A stretch of 64,000 nucleotides of DNA from Phoronis australis (taxonomy: Eukaryota; Animalia; Phoronida), in the NCBI GenBank assembly GCA_002633005.1, contig NMRA01000897.1:42943-106942 (forward strand). The letters are read 5' to 3'. Positions 12,001 through 23,198 of the stretch are shown here, in pieces; position 1 is the first letter of the stretch; each line of letters opens with the position of its first letter. Made by a program: the position numbers and the translations under genes. The notes below the pieces were generated by a model that did no database searches, had not been told where the DNA came from, and saw only the letters and a list, made by a program, of their open reading frames with translations.

Positions 12001-14438
12001 GCCATGTACATTAATGGCCATGACGACTTCTATGTGCAAACTGTGATCGATATGAGTGTTGATAAAATACCTTTGAGAAGAGATGGTGACCGTATGGAAT
12101 TGGACGAAGAAAATCTCAACTACACAGTATATGCCAATGATGACAACACATGTGTGGACACAGAACATGTACTTGAAAGTAAGGAGAATGGAAATGCGGA
12201 GCTGTTAGTTTCCGAGAATCGTTACGCTGTGGACACTGCAACGTCTGAATCCATGCTGAATGCTTTAAAAGCAAATGAAATGGCTGAAAACTATCATAAA
12301 TGGTCACAAAAAACTGTTGAAGACTTCAAAAGACTTTTTGCATGTAAGACCACTTGCAATAAGGCACTCCACAAGTTTGAACTCCAGATATGTCTACAAG
12401 TGTTACGTGTGCAGCACGGTGTTTGTTTTGACATTAAACCCTCAAAGAAGGAGCTAGTTCAGTTGTTCACGTCTACATTGAACTTTGGGGTAAATCCCCC
12501 TAATAGGAAGTATCATCAGCGCAATCGAAGTGTTTGCTCACTTAGAAAAATGTGTTGTTCTGTTTTAGAACGTGCATCAAAACAAGAGCTTGCTAAGATT
12601 CTCGCAGAAAACACATGGGATAAAGCTTTACAACAGTGGATTGAATCTGGACCATTGTACCACACTTCGTGTTTTCTTGATAATGAAAAGAGTATGAAGA
12701 ATTGGTTTTCTCGTCCAAGTACTGACCATTACGGCAAGAACAGGTTCCACTTCACCGACGCCTGTCACATTTTGACTTGTATTAGGACAAAACTCTGTAC
12801 TACTGGAATTGCTGGTTTAAAGCGAAAAGCATGGGAAGATGTTGCTCTATCTCGCAAAACCCATCTCAATATTGCTGTGATTGAGGATTGCGTTGACAAG
12901 CAAGATGTAGCTTTAGCAAGACGTGTATTTTCCAGGGATGTTCAAGAAAATATGCTTGACGAATATGTCAACGAGAAAGAATTTTGTGAGTTAATACGAA
13001 ACTGGTTTGATGCCGAGGACGAGCCTGCCATACCTGCTGCTGAAAGATGCATCCGAAGGCTTCGACTTAGAAAATGGCTTTTAGAAGAATTTGCAGTGAA
13101 CACGTTTCCGCCACAAACCCGATATATCAGAGGCATACCGATACAGACTTTCGAGGCATTGTTGGTGCACTTGGAAAGGAAAATGCAAATTTTCCCTTGC
13201 TGCAGAAATCAAACATATAATGTTCGTATAATAGGTTCTCAGCAGGTGGAAAACTTCTTTTCAACATTTCGAGATATGGACTCCACTGGACAAGGGACAC
13301 CAAAACCAGACTCCATTCCTCATATGATGACAGCAGTTGCAGATTTAGACTACTGCAGAATTGACCCCAGCAGGAAAGCAAGATTTAGAATCAAGCTTGT
13401 TTCCTACACATGATTAACTGTAAATTACGCGGACATATCAACTCTCATGTTTGATATTTTACAAAAGTGTTATTTTTCAGTTAAAATTTTGAAGATGTGG
13501 CAACAAAACGCTCCCTGAATAAAAAATGAAAAAATGTTTCACATACCTATCCTCTGAGCTGTGACGGGAAAAAAGTTTTGAGGGCGATGTAAGTGTAAAT
13601 TTATTTTCACACAAGGGCTCGTATGTATAATCAAAATAGGAACTAGTTGAACTGTAAGAAATTATATTAATTTAACAACTAGCTTGTCAGGTTTTGTAAG
13701 AGGTGACACTAAGAATTTGAATTGTTTCAAATGCATTCACGTTTACATGTTTAATCTTCTATAAAACCCCCTACTTGGTTTCAGATCATTCTATATGTCA
13801 ACCACACGAGCCGGAGTGTATCCAATGAGACAGTTTGAGTCCGGTGAAACCCAAGAATGTTTTCACGGCCAAACGCAAGGCATTCATTCTGCATTAGTTT
13901 TTAGTCTGATAACTCCAAGGTTAGTGTTATGTGATACACGTTAACTGTAATTGTTATCTTATATACATTACTTTTTTCTGTAGTCAAATTTCTCTTTTTT
14001 CGTCTTCATCTATTCGTTATCATAATGTCGCGTATTAGTGCTGATAAAGGTACGTAAAGCACCATTGTTTTAAAAAATATTCAAATCGTGGCATTGTCAA
14101 ATAAGCAAGGTCTTCATGAGCGCCGGGTCAAAAATACCCTTCAATAAATAAACGTCCAAGCGCTTATGCGTCATATTACGGTATTTCCACTACTTTGAAA
14201 ACAGTGGCAAGTGTAATGCAGCTCACAGGCTAGCGTCGAAAGCTTTAAAGGAGGATTGATTACTCATTAAATTTTGAGACCTCATAAGGTCGTAACCCTT
14301 CGGAAAGGAGGGAAAGTGTCGTTGCCAAGCGAGTCCGCCCATAGTGAGAAAGGAGTGTGACAACACCATTCGCGAGATGACTCGAAGATACCTGCTCATA
14401 AACGACTCGGATTTCAAAATTTATCAGAAGTTGTGTAG
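9037..14438 (+). pseudogene. Decayed spliced P-element/THAP9-like DDE transposase with an internal YqaJ (lambda exonuclease-like) domain and an N-terminal zinc-finger remnant
   Basis: Joins ORFs 9227-9679, 9618-9884, 9835-11439, 11498-12046 and 11923-13413 through frameshifts. Motifs in order: FHCYYCPASFNDHEKIIAH (~9045-9100); ILAVDGKK (D1, 9834); QQRTPEWFSLR..KVTGS, EHE, SSDG, ENKCK, YAVQ (YqaJ, ~10390-10930); ATSSDGQW (D2, 11441); HFTDACHILTCIRT (D(2)H, 12757-12768); DKQDVALARRVFS (~12895); SQQVENFFSTFR (E, 13249). Likely further exons at 13785-13919 and ~14270-14438. Contains in-frame stops and an apparently mutated GA donor at 13374. Confidence 0.8.
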
Positions 14439-15116
14439 CCAAAAGTATTGTGGTGATAAAAGTGTTGGGATTTTGTTTAATGGTTTACTAATAACATCCA
14501 TACAGAGTTGAACAGACTGACTTGCTACATCCTTGAGGCTTGTATGTGTTTTGTGTTCTTGGTCCCGAGTTCACTGTGCTATAATTTCAGTTCATGGGAC
14601 ATTGAAAAAGAGTGAGAGGAGTTGTAATACACATACTATATTGTGATTTTCTCAAAACGTAGTGACAATGTTGTCTTTAAGTCATTTCAAGACACACTAT
14701 AGTAACTACACTGGAAATCAACAATATGAAAGCAAAATTCCGTAATAATAGTAATCTTTTAATCACACATCATCTCAAAATACGTCATAAAAATATATAA
14801 AATATAGCTCTGGGTAATCAACATTACAAAAGAATCATTGAACATTCCCCATGAGGTATTTTTGGAATGCATTGCACTTATTATAGACACATATTTTCTT
14901 TTTAAAATCTTATGGTAATAACAATGGCCAATGGCACTTAGTATGGTCATTTGAATATACCTAAACACTACAAAAATGCACTGGTTCTGTTTAAGATAGA
15001 TAAAATAACACAAATGTAGAAACTTTAGAAAAAGGTTCAAAATACCACATCTGGCAACTACCAACCATAAACTCTTTTAATCAGAATAAAAACTTAAACA
15101 AATTTCACTACTGGAC

Positions 15117-15525
15117 TTAATGAAGCTTCTGTTTTTTGTGCCTACAGAGGGAGGCATAATGCTTGTACGATTTGCCGCATCCACAACAGAAAGCAGTGAC
15201 CTCATGTTGTGACGCCATGTGTCGCTTTAGGCTCACTTTCTCTGTGAAACATTGGTTGCAGGCATGACACTGAATTGTCTTGTCTCCTGAGCACAGTGCT
15301 TCATGTTGTGACTTTTTGTACCTATTGAAAAACTTCTTGCCACATGAAACACATGAAAATGCTTTGTAGTTTGCGTGCTGGCTCATGTGATCTTGAAACT
15401 TTGTTTGTCTCACGAACACTTTCCCACAGTCCGTCACTGGGCAGGTGAACGTCTTGGTTGCAGTCCTGTCACAATGCTTTGATGCCATGTGGTCAAGCAG
15501 TGTTGATTTTTTACTAAACGAAGCT
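15117..15525 (-). CDS. C2H2 zinc-finger array protein inside the transposon (4 complete fingers plus a partial upstream finger); 5' end not resolved
   Basis: CPVTDC..HMSQH, CVSC..HEALC, CHAC..HMASQH and C(C)GCG..HKKQKLH in ORF 15117-15488. Upstream in-frame SFSKKSTLLDHMASKH is the tail of another finger. Confidence 0.8.
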
Positions 15526-17108
15526 CAATAGTTCTTTGTCACAAGCACTAGTTCTCCTTTTTGAAGGTGTAGACGTTAAGAAGCTAAAAGACTTATCTTG
15601 TGGCAGAAGTTCAACTAAAAAATATCAAAAGCATTTCAGTTATACTTGTTAGGTTAAATCTCACAAAAATCATGAAAAACAGTGAAGTATAATAAACAAT
15701 CAACCCACCCGGCGCCTATTTCAGGGTACGTATTAAATGTAAAACTGACACAACACCGTAACTTGAACGAGTATTCAGGCCAATGCATAGAAAAAGAATG
15801 TGCGTTCACGATCGCTTTTTGCGTTCACGATCGCTTTTTTGCGTTCACGATCGCCATATGAAAGTAACGATTTCGTTCTCGATCGCCGTCTCACACAAGG
15901 ACAAGCTTGTATTGGTAAATATCTCGCATTGTTTCACAAAACATAACTTCGAAAGGTGTCACCTGGGGCAATGAAGCTCTAAACGTCACACTTCTTTACT
16001 TTAGAACTCTGGAACTGCTAATAACAAGTAAAACTTGTCGACTTTACGACGCGCAAGGCATTTTATCGGAAGGCATTACTTTCTGGGTCCTTTAGTTGAT
16101 AAAATAAGCAAAACCAAACATCATTTCAGATCGGCAACAAAGGTTAAGCTCTGATGCTTTTCTCTGTGTCGCATTCGTGCCAAAGTAGCCACTGTTTAAG
16201 AAGAAAATGACACTAAGACTCACCAGGTACATCATCGTCGTCTGCCATTTGTGCGGCAAAGTGTCGTTCTCGACCGCTTTCCGGTCGTTCCCGATCGCAG
16301 GTTGGCCGGAGTGTGTTTTATAGTCTTAGAAATTGTCGGAAATTAGCGCCAATATTCATTTCTTATCGATGCTATGCTACCCGTTTCATGAATGGATAGT
16401 TTCCAACTGTCTTTGATGACAGGTTCATGGATGTAGCGCGCGCTTCCTGGCCACGTGCGTTTAACATCGAGTTATTTTTATTCATGAGACAGTCGATGTG
16501 TACTGAAAGGTCAGACCATAGTGGGACGCGGTCGTCGCGAGAGCGTAGCAACGCCGTTGGGTTCTTTTTGAAGCGTTGCGTTACTTTGAAGTGTAAAGTC
16601 ACAAATAAATACAATAGTAGCAGTGCCGCTGGTGGTTTAGAAGACTCGTTTTTTGATAAATTGAAGACGTTACTGTAGCCGAGTTTTAGGACTGTAGGTA
16701 CGTCATTGTTCGCATATGTACACGTTCATGGACTGGGCGCTTATTTCTGCAGTCTGAAAACGCGTGGGGGGCGCTTATAGGGGCATGGGCGGTTATTACG
16801 GCGAATACGGTATGTAGTATGTTGTACTTTGCAAGATGGAAAGGCATCTGAAAACAGAGAATTAGCATCACATCATAAACAGATACCTGTATGCCAAATT
16901 TTATGAAAATACGTTGAGGACATTTGAACATACAGAGGTAAACGGAAAAAATAAAATTACCACTAGGTGGCACACCAGAAGTTAGCTCCGTCGGAACATC
17001 ATCGTCATGTGTTGCCAACATCATATAAATACACTTACTAAATTTGGTAAAGATCCTTCGAACGATTTAAAAGATACAACCATAGGCGCAAAAAACTGCC
17101 ACTAGGAG

Positions 17109-19528
17109 CATACATGTCAGAATGTCTAGTTGTACCCAACTAATCCCAACTTATCCTGTCATCACTACTGATGCAAGCCCGTTGCTGACATCATGTTTGT
17201 TATCAAACTGCCCCTGCAGGTGGCGCAGCTATTAGTGGGAATAGTTGAATTTGTTGAAACGCGTGATTGATGTCTCTAACATTGAGCTTGTGGATGACAT
17301 CATGTAAGTTAGCTCCCTGTCCACAGGTGACGCACTGATTAGTAGGAATCGTTGAATTAGTTGAATCCAACTAATCCCAAGTCAGCTCAACCTATCCAGC
17401 ACTGAGCTATTCAATTAATTCAACTAATTGTAGCGCCAGCTAAAGTATAACTGGCAATGTGAGACAGAAAAACCCGAGTCACTGACCTGCCTGCAGGTGG
17501 CGCAACAATAAGTGGGAATAGTTGAATTAGTTGAAATGCATGTTCTGTGTCAAGTTGAGAGCCTTTTGCTGACGTCATGATTGTTATCAGTCTGTTCCTG
17601 TAGGTGGCGCAGCGATAAGTGGGAATACTTGAATTAAGTTGAAATGCCTGATCTGAGTCTGTCAAGTTGTGAGCTTGGTGAGCCTTTTGCTAGCGCCATG
17701 CGCTTTATCTGTCTGCCTGCAGGTGGCATAGCGATTAGTGGGAATAGTTGAATTAGTTGGAATGTGGGTTCTGAGTTTCTCAAGCTGTGAGCCTGTTTCT
17801 GACATAATGTTTGTTATCAGCCTATCCCTGCAGGTGGCGCAGCGATTAGTGGGAATAGTTGAATTAGTTGAAATGTGGGTTCTGCGTTCCTCAAGCTATG
17901 AGCCTGTAGCTGACATAATGTTTGTTATCAGCCTATCCCTGCAGGTGGCGCAGCGATTAGTGGGAATAGTTGAATAAGTTGAAATGCTTGTTCTGTGTCT
18001 CTCACTTTGTGAGCCTGGTGAGCCTTTTGCTGGCGTCATGTACTTTTTCAATCTGCCTGTAGGTGGCGAAGCGATTAGTGGGAATAGTTGAATTAGTTGA
18101 AATGTGTGTTCTGTGTCTCTCAAGTTGTGGGCCTGTTGCTGACGCCATGTTTGGTATCAGGTCTGCCTGCAGGTAACGTAGCGATTAGTGGGAACAGTTG
18201 AATTAGTTGAAATGCGTGCTTGGAGTTGCTAAAATTGTGAGCCTGTTGATGATGTCATGTAAGGCGTTCTCTACCTGCCCACAGGTGGCGCAGCGATTAG
18301 TGGGAATAGTTGAAATGCGTGTTCTATGTCTGTCAAGTTGTGAGCCTTATGATTATGTGATAAACTTTATCTACCTGCTCTACTTGATCTACCTAACTTT
18401 ATCTACTCGTTATTTAGTGGGTCAACCCCGTAGGTGGCGTTACATGTCTGCCTTCAGGTGGCGTAGTGATTAATGGGAATAGTTGAATTAGTTGAAATTC
18501 GTGTTTGGAGTCTCTAAAATTGTGATTCTGATGGTGACGTTATGTAAGTTATCTACCTGCCCACAGGTAGCGCAGCCATTAGTAGAAGTATTTGAATTAG
18601 TTAAAATGCGTTTTCTACTTGATCTACCTGTTTCGTTGAGAGTTTGTATTATTTTAAGTTTGCCAGTTCTGCCCTCTGTTGTTTATTTTATGTTTCAGCT
18701 TGGCTACGCCACATTTATTGTTTTAGTATAACCTATGTCTTAGCCAGGACGAAATTTACAGCTACCCTGAGCTTTTCTCACTTGATTCTTGTAGAGGATG
18801 GATGTGTTTCAGTTACCTGCCAGTTTTTTAGTTGAAATATATGTCACAGCGTTCAAGAAAGTAAGTTTTTTTTGTTGGCTTATTAGTTGTATTGCAGTGT
18901 AGGTAATATTGTAATTTCTGACTTTTCTTATATTTAAAATAGGGGTAATTCTTTGGAAGTGAAGGTTCTCGTTTCAGAAACACGTGTTTTCAGAGGTGTA
19001 GTTTAGATTTCTTTCGACAGTTGGCGCTCTTAGCAGTACGTTTATTTCCGTTCACCGTGTGGCGCTGTGATTTGTTTATTTACATCCGGTTTTTGATTAG
19101 CGGGTTTGTGGCTTTGATATATGAGTTTGAATTGTACTTAGGGTTTTCATGACAGGTTTTGGATATTACTTACTTACTTACGTTGGTTTATTTGCTGTGA
19201 CATGCAGAGATTATTATTTCTTGTATTTATGGTGATTTTTGGTTTGTTTTCAGATTGAACTTCTTCTTCTAGACTTATACTGATGTCTGATGTAAAAATA
19301 AAGTTCCAATTTAAACGCTGCTGCTGTTTATTCACCCTGTGCGTGAGCCACTACCTAACCGTGTTTCTCAAGTCGTGAGTCGGTTGCTGACGTCATATAA
19401 ATTATGTACCAGCCCCCAGATGGCGCGGTTATTAGTACGTATAGTTGAATTAGTTGAAATCGGTTTAGTAGACCTACAGCTTCATATTAATCGATTAGTA
19501 GGTCCCTACCAAAGATTCTGACATGACT
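17109..19528. mobile_element. Non-autonomous TIR element carrying a ~120-bp satellite array, inserted in the HINE
   Basis: Short inverted ends catgtcagaat / attctgacatg. cactaggag is duplicated at 17100-17108 and 19529-19537 (candidate 7-9 bp TSD). Confidence 0.5.
17175..18620 (+). repeat. ~120-bp tandem satellite, about 11-12 diverged units
   Basis: The unit ...cctgcaggtggcgcagcgattagtgggaatagttgaattagttgaaatg...caagttgtgagcct... is repeated. Confidence 0.9.
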
Positions 19529-20239
19529 CACTAGGAGACGCCACAGAAGTCAAAATCGGCGAAAATCATCATCAGCCGTCCACTTCATAGTAAGAACATA
19601 CGTGCCAACTTTCGCAATCATCTCTTGATAAACGAGTGGACACCAAAACAGAATTGAAAACAGTAAAAATTGCCACTAGGTGGTGCAAACTACGTCAAAT
19701 TCATCTGAAAACGGAGAGATAGCGTCATCTCATTAACAGATGCCTTTAAGCTAAATTTTATGAAAATACGTTGAGGACCTTTGAATATAAAGAGGTAAAC
19801 GTAAAAAAAAAATTGCCACTAGGTGACACACCAGTTGTCAGATCTGTCTGAAAGTCGTCGTCCTCTGTTGTTAACATTATATAAAGGCCCTTACTAAATT
19901 TAGTAAAGATCATGCACACGGTTTAGAAGATACCGCCACAGGCGCAAAAAAATGCCACAGTAGTCGAAGTCGTCGGAAAATCATCGTCAGCAGTCGAATT
20001 TATAGTAAGAACATACATGCCAATTTTCACAATCGTCCATTGAGCGGTTTGGTTGATAGAGGGGTGGGCAAAAAAAAAGAGTCGAAAACAGTAAAAATGG
20101 CCACCAGGTGGCGCAAACTACGTCGAATCCATCCGAAAACGGGAGTATGGCTTCATCTTACTAATAGGTGCCTATATACCAAAGTTTCGGAAAATCCCTT
20201 CAAGACTTAGGGACGTCAAAAACAGATTCGAAAACAGTA

Positions 20240-21711
20240 ACAAGAGCAACGCAGAGCGTTGAAATGCGCCCACAATTGCACCGCATACGGTATCCTTCTA
20301 GGGTTGTTTATTGGTACCATAAAGTGGCCAGTAGAGGGCATATATGTAGTATGTTGTACTTTGCAAAATGGAAAGGCATGGTCATTGTCTCCTCAATAGG
20401 CTAGGGGCAAAATGTGAGTAATCTTCATAATACAAGCACATCCTATACACCAGTTGCTTAAAGCACCACAGAAANNNNNNNNNNNNNNNNNNNNNNNNNN
20501 NNNNNNNNNNNNNNNNNNNNNNNNNNNNNNNNNNNNNNNNNNNNNNNNNNNNNNNNNNNNNNNNNNNNNNNNNNNNNNNNNNNNNNNNNNNNNNNNNNNN
20601 NNNNNNNNNNNNNNNNNNNNNNNNNNNNNNNNNNNNNNNNNNNNNNNNNNNNNNNNNNNNNNNNNNNNNNNNNNNNNNNNNNNNNNNNNNNNNNNNNNNN
20701 NNNNNNNNNNNNNNNNNNNNNNNNNNNNNNNNNNNNNNNNNNNNNNNNNNNNNNNNNNNNNNNNNNNNNNNNNNNNNNNNNNNNNNNNNNNNNNNNNNNN
20801 NNNNNNNNNNNNNNNNNNNNNNNNNNNNNNNNNNNNNNNNNNNNNNNNNNNNNNNNNNNNNNNNNNNNNNNNNNNNNNNNNNNNNNNNNNNNNNNNNNNN
20901 NNNNNNNNNNNNNNNNNNNNNNNNNNNNNNNNNNNNNNNNNNNNNNNNNNNNNNNNNNNNNNNNNNNNNNNNNNNNNNNNNNNNNNNNNNNNNNNNNNNN
21001 NNNNNNNNNNNNNNNNNNNNNNNNNNNNNNNNNNNNNNNNNNNNNNNNNNNNNNNNNNNNNNNNNNNNNNNNNNNNNNNNNNNNNNNNNNNNNNNNNNNN
21101 NNNNNNNNNNNNNNNNNNNNNNNNNNNNNNNNNNNNNNNNNNNNNNNNNNNNNNNNNNNNNNNNNNNNNNNNNNNNNNNNNNNNNNNNNNNNNNNNNNNN
21201 NNNNNNNNNNNNNNNNNNNNNNNNNNNNNNNNNNNNNNNNNNNNNNNNNNNNNNNNNNNNNNNNNNNNNNNNNNNNNNNNNNNNNNNNNNNNNNNNNNNN
21301 NNNNNNNNNNNNNNNNNNNNNNNNNNNNNNNNNNNNNNNNNNNNNNNNNNNNNNNNNNNNNNNNNNNNNNNNNNNNNNNNNNNNNNNNNNNNNNNNNNNN
21401 NNNNNNNNNNNNNNNNNNNNNNNNNNNNNNNNNNNNNNCAGGACTTTTGAAGATACAAAGGTAAGCGTAAAAAACTAAAATTGCCACTAGGGGGCACACC
21501 GGTAGTCGGATCCGTCCGAAAGTTCGCACATGCCGTCCCATTCATGAATGGAACATATGTGCCAAATTTCATGAACGTATGTCAAAGGGTTTTGGAGATA
21601 GAGCAGCGGACGCCGGACGCCAGACGCCGGACGCCGGACGGACGCCGCCCGTACGGACGGACGGACGGAGATGACGGCATAATGCGTCCACATATAAATA
21701 TGTGGGCGCAT
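20240..21711 (+). mobile_element. HINE copy nested in an A-run of the outer HINE (spans a gap)
   Basis: Same 5' end acaagagcaacgcagagcgttgaaatgcgcccac; 3' end has (ggac)n, hairpin ccacatataaatatgtgg and gcgcat. Removing it restores the outer copy's aaaacagtaa(a)aatggccactagg core. Confidence 0.7.
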
Positions 21712-23198
21712 AAAAATGGCCACTAGGTGGTGCAAACTAGGTAGAATCCATCTGAAAACGGACAGCGTCATCTCATTAACAGATGCCTGTATGCTAAATT
21801 TTATGAAAATACGTTGAGGACCTTTGAATATACAGAGGTAAACGTAAAAAACTAAAATTGCCACTAGGGGGCACACCGGTAGTCGGATCCGTCCGAAAGT
21901 TCGCTCATGCCGTCCCATCCACGGAAGAAACACATGTGCAAAATTTCATGACCATACATGTAGGTCAAGGCGTTTTGGAGATAGAGCAGCGGACGCCGGA
22001 CGGACGAAGATGACGGTATAATACGTCCACATGTAAATATGTGGGCGCATAAAAATGACCAAATATGGCAATTATTTTTGTGCAAAATAAGTGGAGAGTT
22101 ATCATACACAACCTCAAACACTAGCTACGCATTTGCACAGGTGCATCACAGAGAGTTTACTAGCTACACTCTTCGCGCAAATGCTGTCACTAGAATGAGC
22201 AATAGAAAATTGACACCAATTTCATGCATTGCAAGAATTCGAGCACACAGTTACTACCTTAAGTGGAGTACAAGAAATAGTCATGTTTCGATATGGCCAC
22301 GAAATTATGAGTTATACCTCGTTGCCGCATGGCAATGGAGAAGTCGGTGGACAGCAGTCTGCAGTACTGTCTCATATGGGGATTTGGGGATTTAATGTAG
22401 AGGGGTTTCCCAGTGTTGTTTAAAGATTCTTTGTGACCATCATGCTACCAAATTGTCACTGTCGTTTGATGGGATATTCAAACGATTCACTCAAAAACTG
22501 CAACATCTCAAAATGTTCAAATAAGAGAATTTGCATTTCTGACTCAGTCAACTCCAGAATTAGAAATTGAGACAAGCAAATGATGTTTTCGTCCTTTCAC
22601 AGTACTAAAGGGTTATGTTCCAATTAGAACAAATGTAAAAATTTATTCATGATGATCTTTTCTGTGCCTTACTTTCTTGAAGGTAATACCACTTTGATGA
22701 TCATAAGTCAACATTCAATCATACCACAAAACAAGCATAACAAAAACAGACATATGTGTAGTCTAACACAATCAGAAATAAATAGACTGGGGAGACAGCA
22801 TTTGCATCAAATTTGGTTTAAACACAATAAATCTTTCAAATGGACATTCTTAGCGCGAACAGTCATTTTACAGAAATTAACACTAGAAGAGTGGAATAGA
22901 ACCCACTACCTCCATAGTAGCAACTGAATGCTCTGGGGCTGAGCCTAGTCCCACCTGTTTTAAATAGCAATGAAAGTAGTTTTTAAACTTAAAAGTGTAT
23001 TTAAATTGTAAGGACACAGGCCTTGATTTCAGGGAATGTCTGGCACACAACGATGAGAACTGGCAATTTGTGATAAAATCACAAAAACAGATTTTATTGT
23101 TGCTCCAGTCAAAGTTTATAAATTCAAAAAGTCTATCTCATCCAACAACAATTCCCAATGCTTTTATTTTCAGCTGGAAAATAGATAATATCCCTTTA

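Larger units (their letters stand above)
7107..16313 (+). mobile_element. Complete 9.2-kb DNA transposon encoding a P-like transposase with embedded YqaJ nuclease and a convergent C2H2-ZF gene
   Basis: Left TIR caccccggccaacccgcgatcgagaacga (7107-7135) matches the reverse complement of 16285-16313 (cactccggccaacctgcgatcgggaacga) at 26/29. TGTTT flanks both ends (7102-7106, 16314-16318). The flanks join into the host repeat, whose second copy is uninterrupted near 41640-41670. Confidence 0.9.
6262..16810 (+). mobile_element. Non-autonomous pogo/mariner-like element (CCGTA termini, TA target), copy 1; left end not seen (probably in the gap); host of the 9.2-kb element
   Basis: Right TIR ...gggcggttattacggcgaatacgg|ta at 16810. 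Interior 6555-7101 and 16319-16810 align with copy 2 at 33545-33628 and 41184-42183. Confidence 0.7.
4811..22050 (+). mobile_element. Helentron-type non-autonomous element (HINE, pearl/DINE-1-like), outer copy, interrupted by several insertions
   Basis: 5' end acaagagcaacgcagagcgttgaaatgcgcccac at 4811. Core tandem units resume at 16813, 19529 and 21712. The 3' end has a GGAC-type microsatellite, hairpin ccacatgtaaatatgtgg and subTIR gtgggcgcat followed by an A-run at 22050. Continuity across the 5.6-6.3 kb gap is inferred. Confidence 0.55.

Noticed and set aside
7107-16313. RAG-like/ProtoRAG or Transib assignment based on CAC ends, 5-bp TSD and convergent genes
   Set aside because: No RSS heptamer/nonamer, no recognisable RAG1 core motifs and no kelch RAG2-like gene. 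The catalytic motifs look P-like.
17175-18620. Regularly spaced repeats as a CRISPR array (also 2948-3103 and 28658-28948)
   Set aside because: The sequences between the conserved cores are homologous to each other rather than unique spacers. No cas genes, and the context is eukaryotic.
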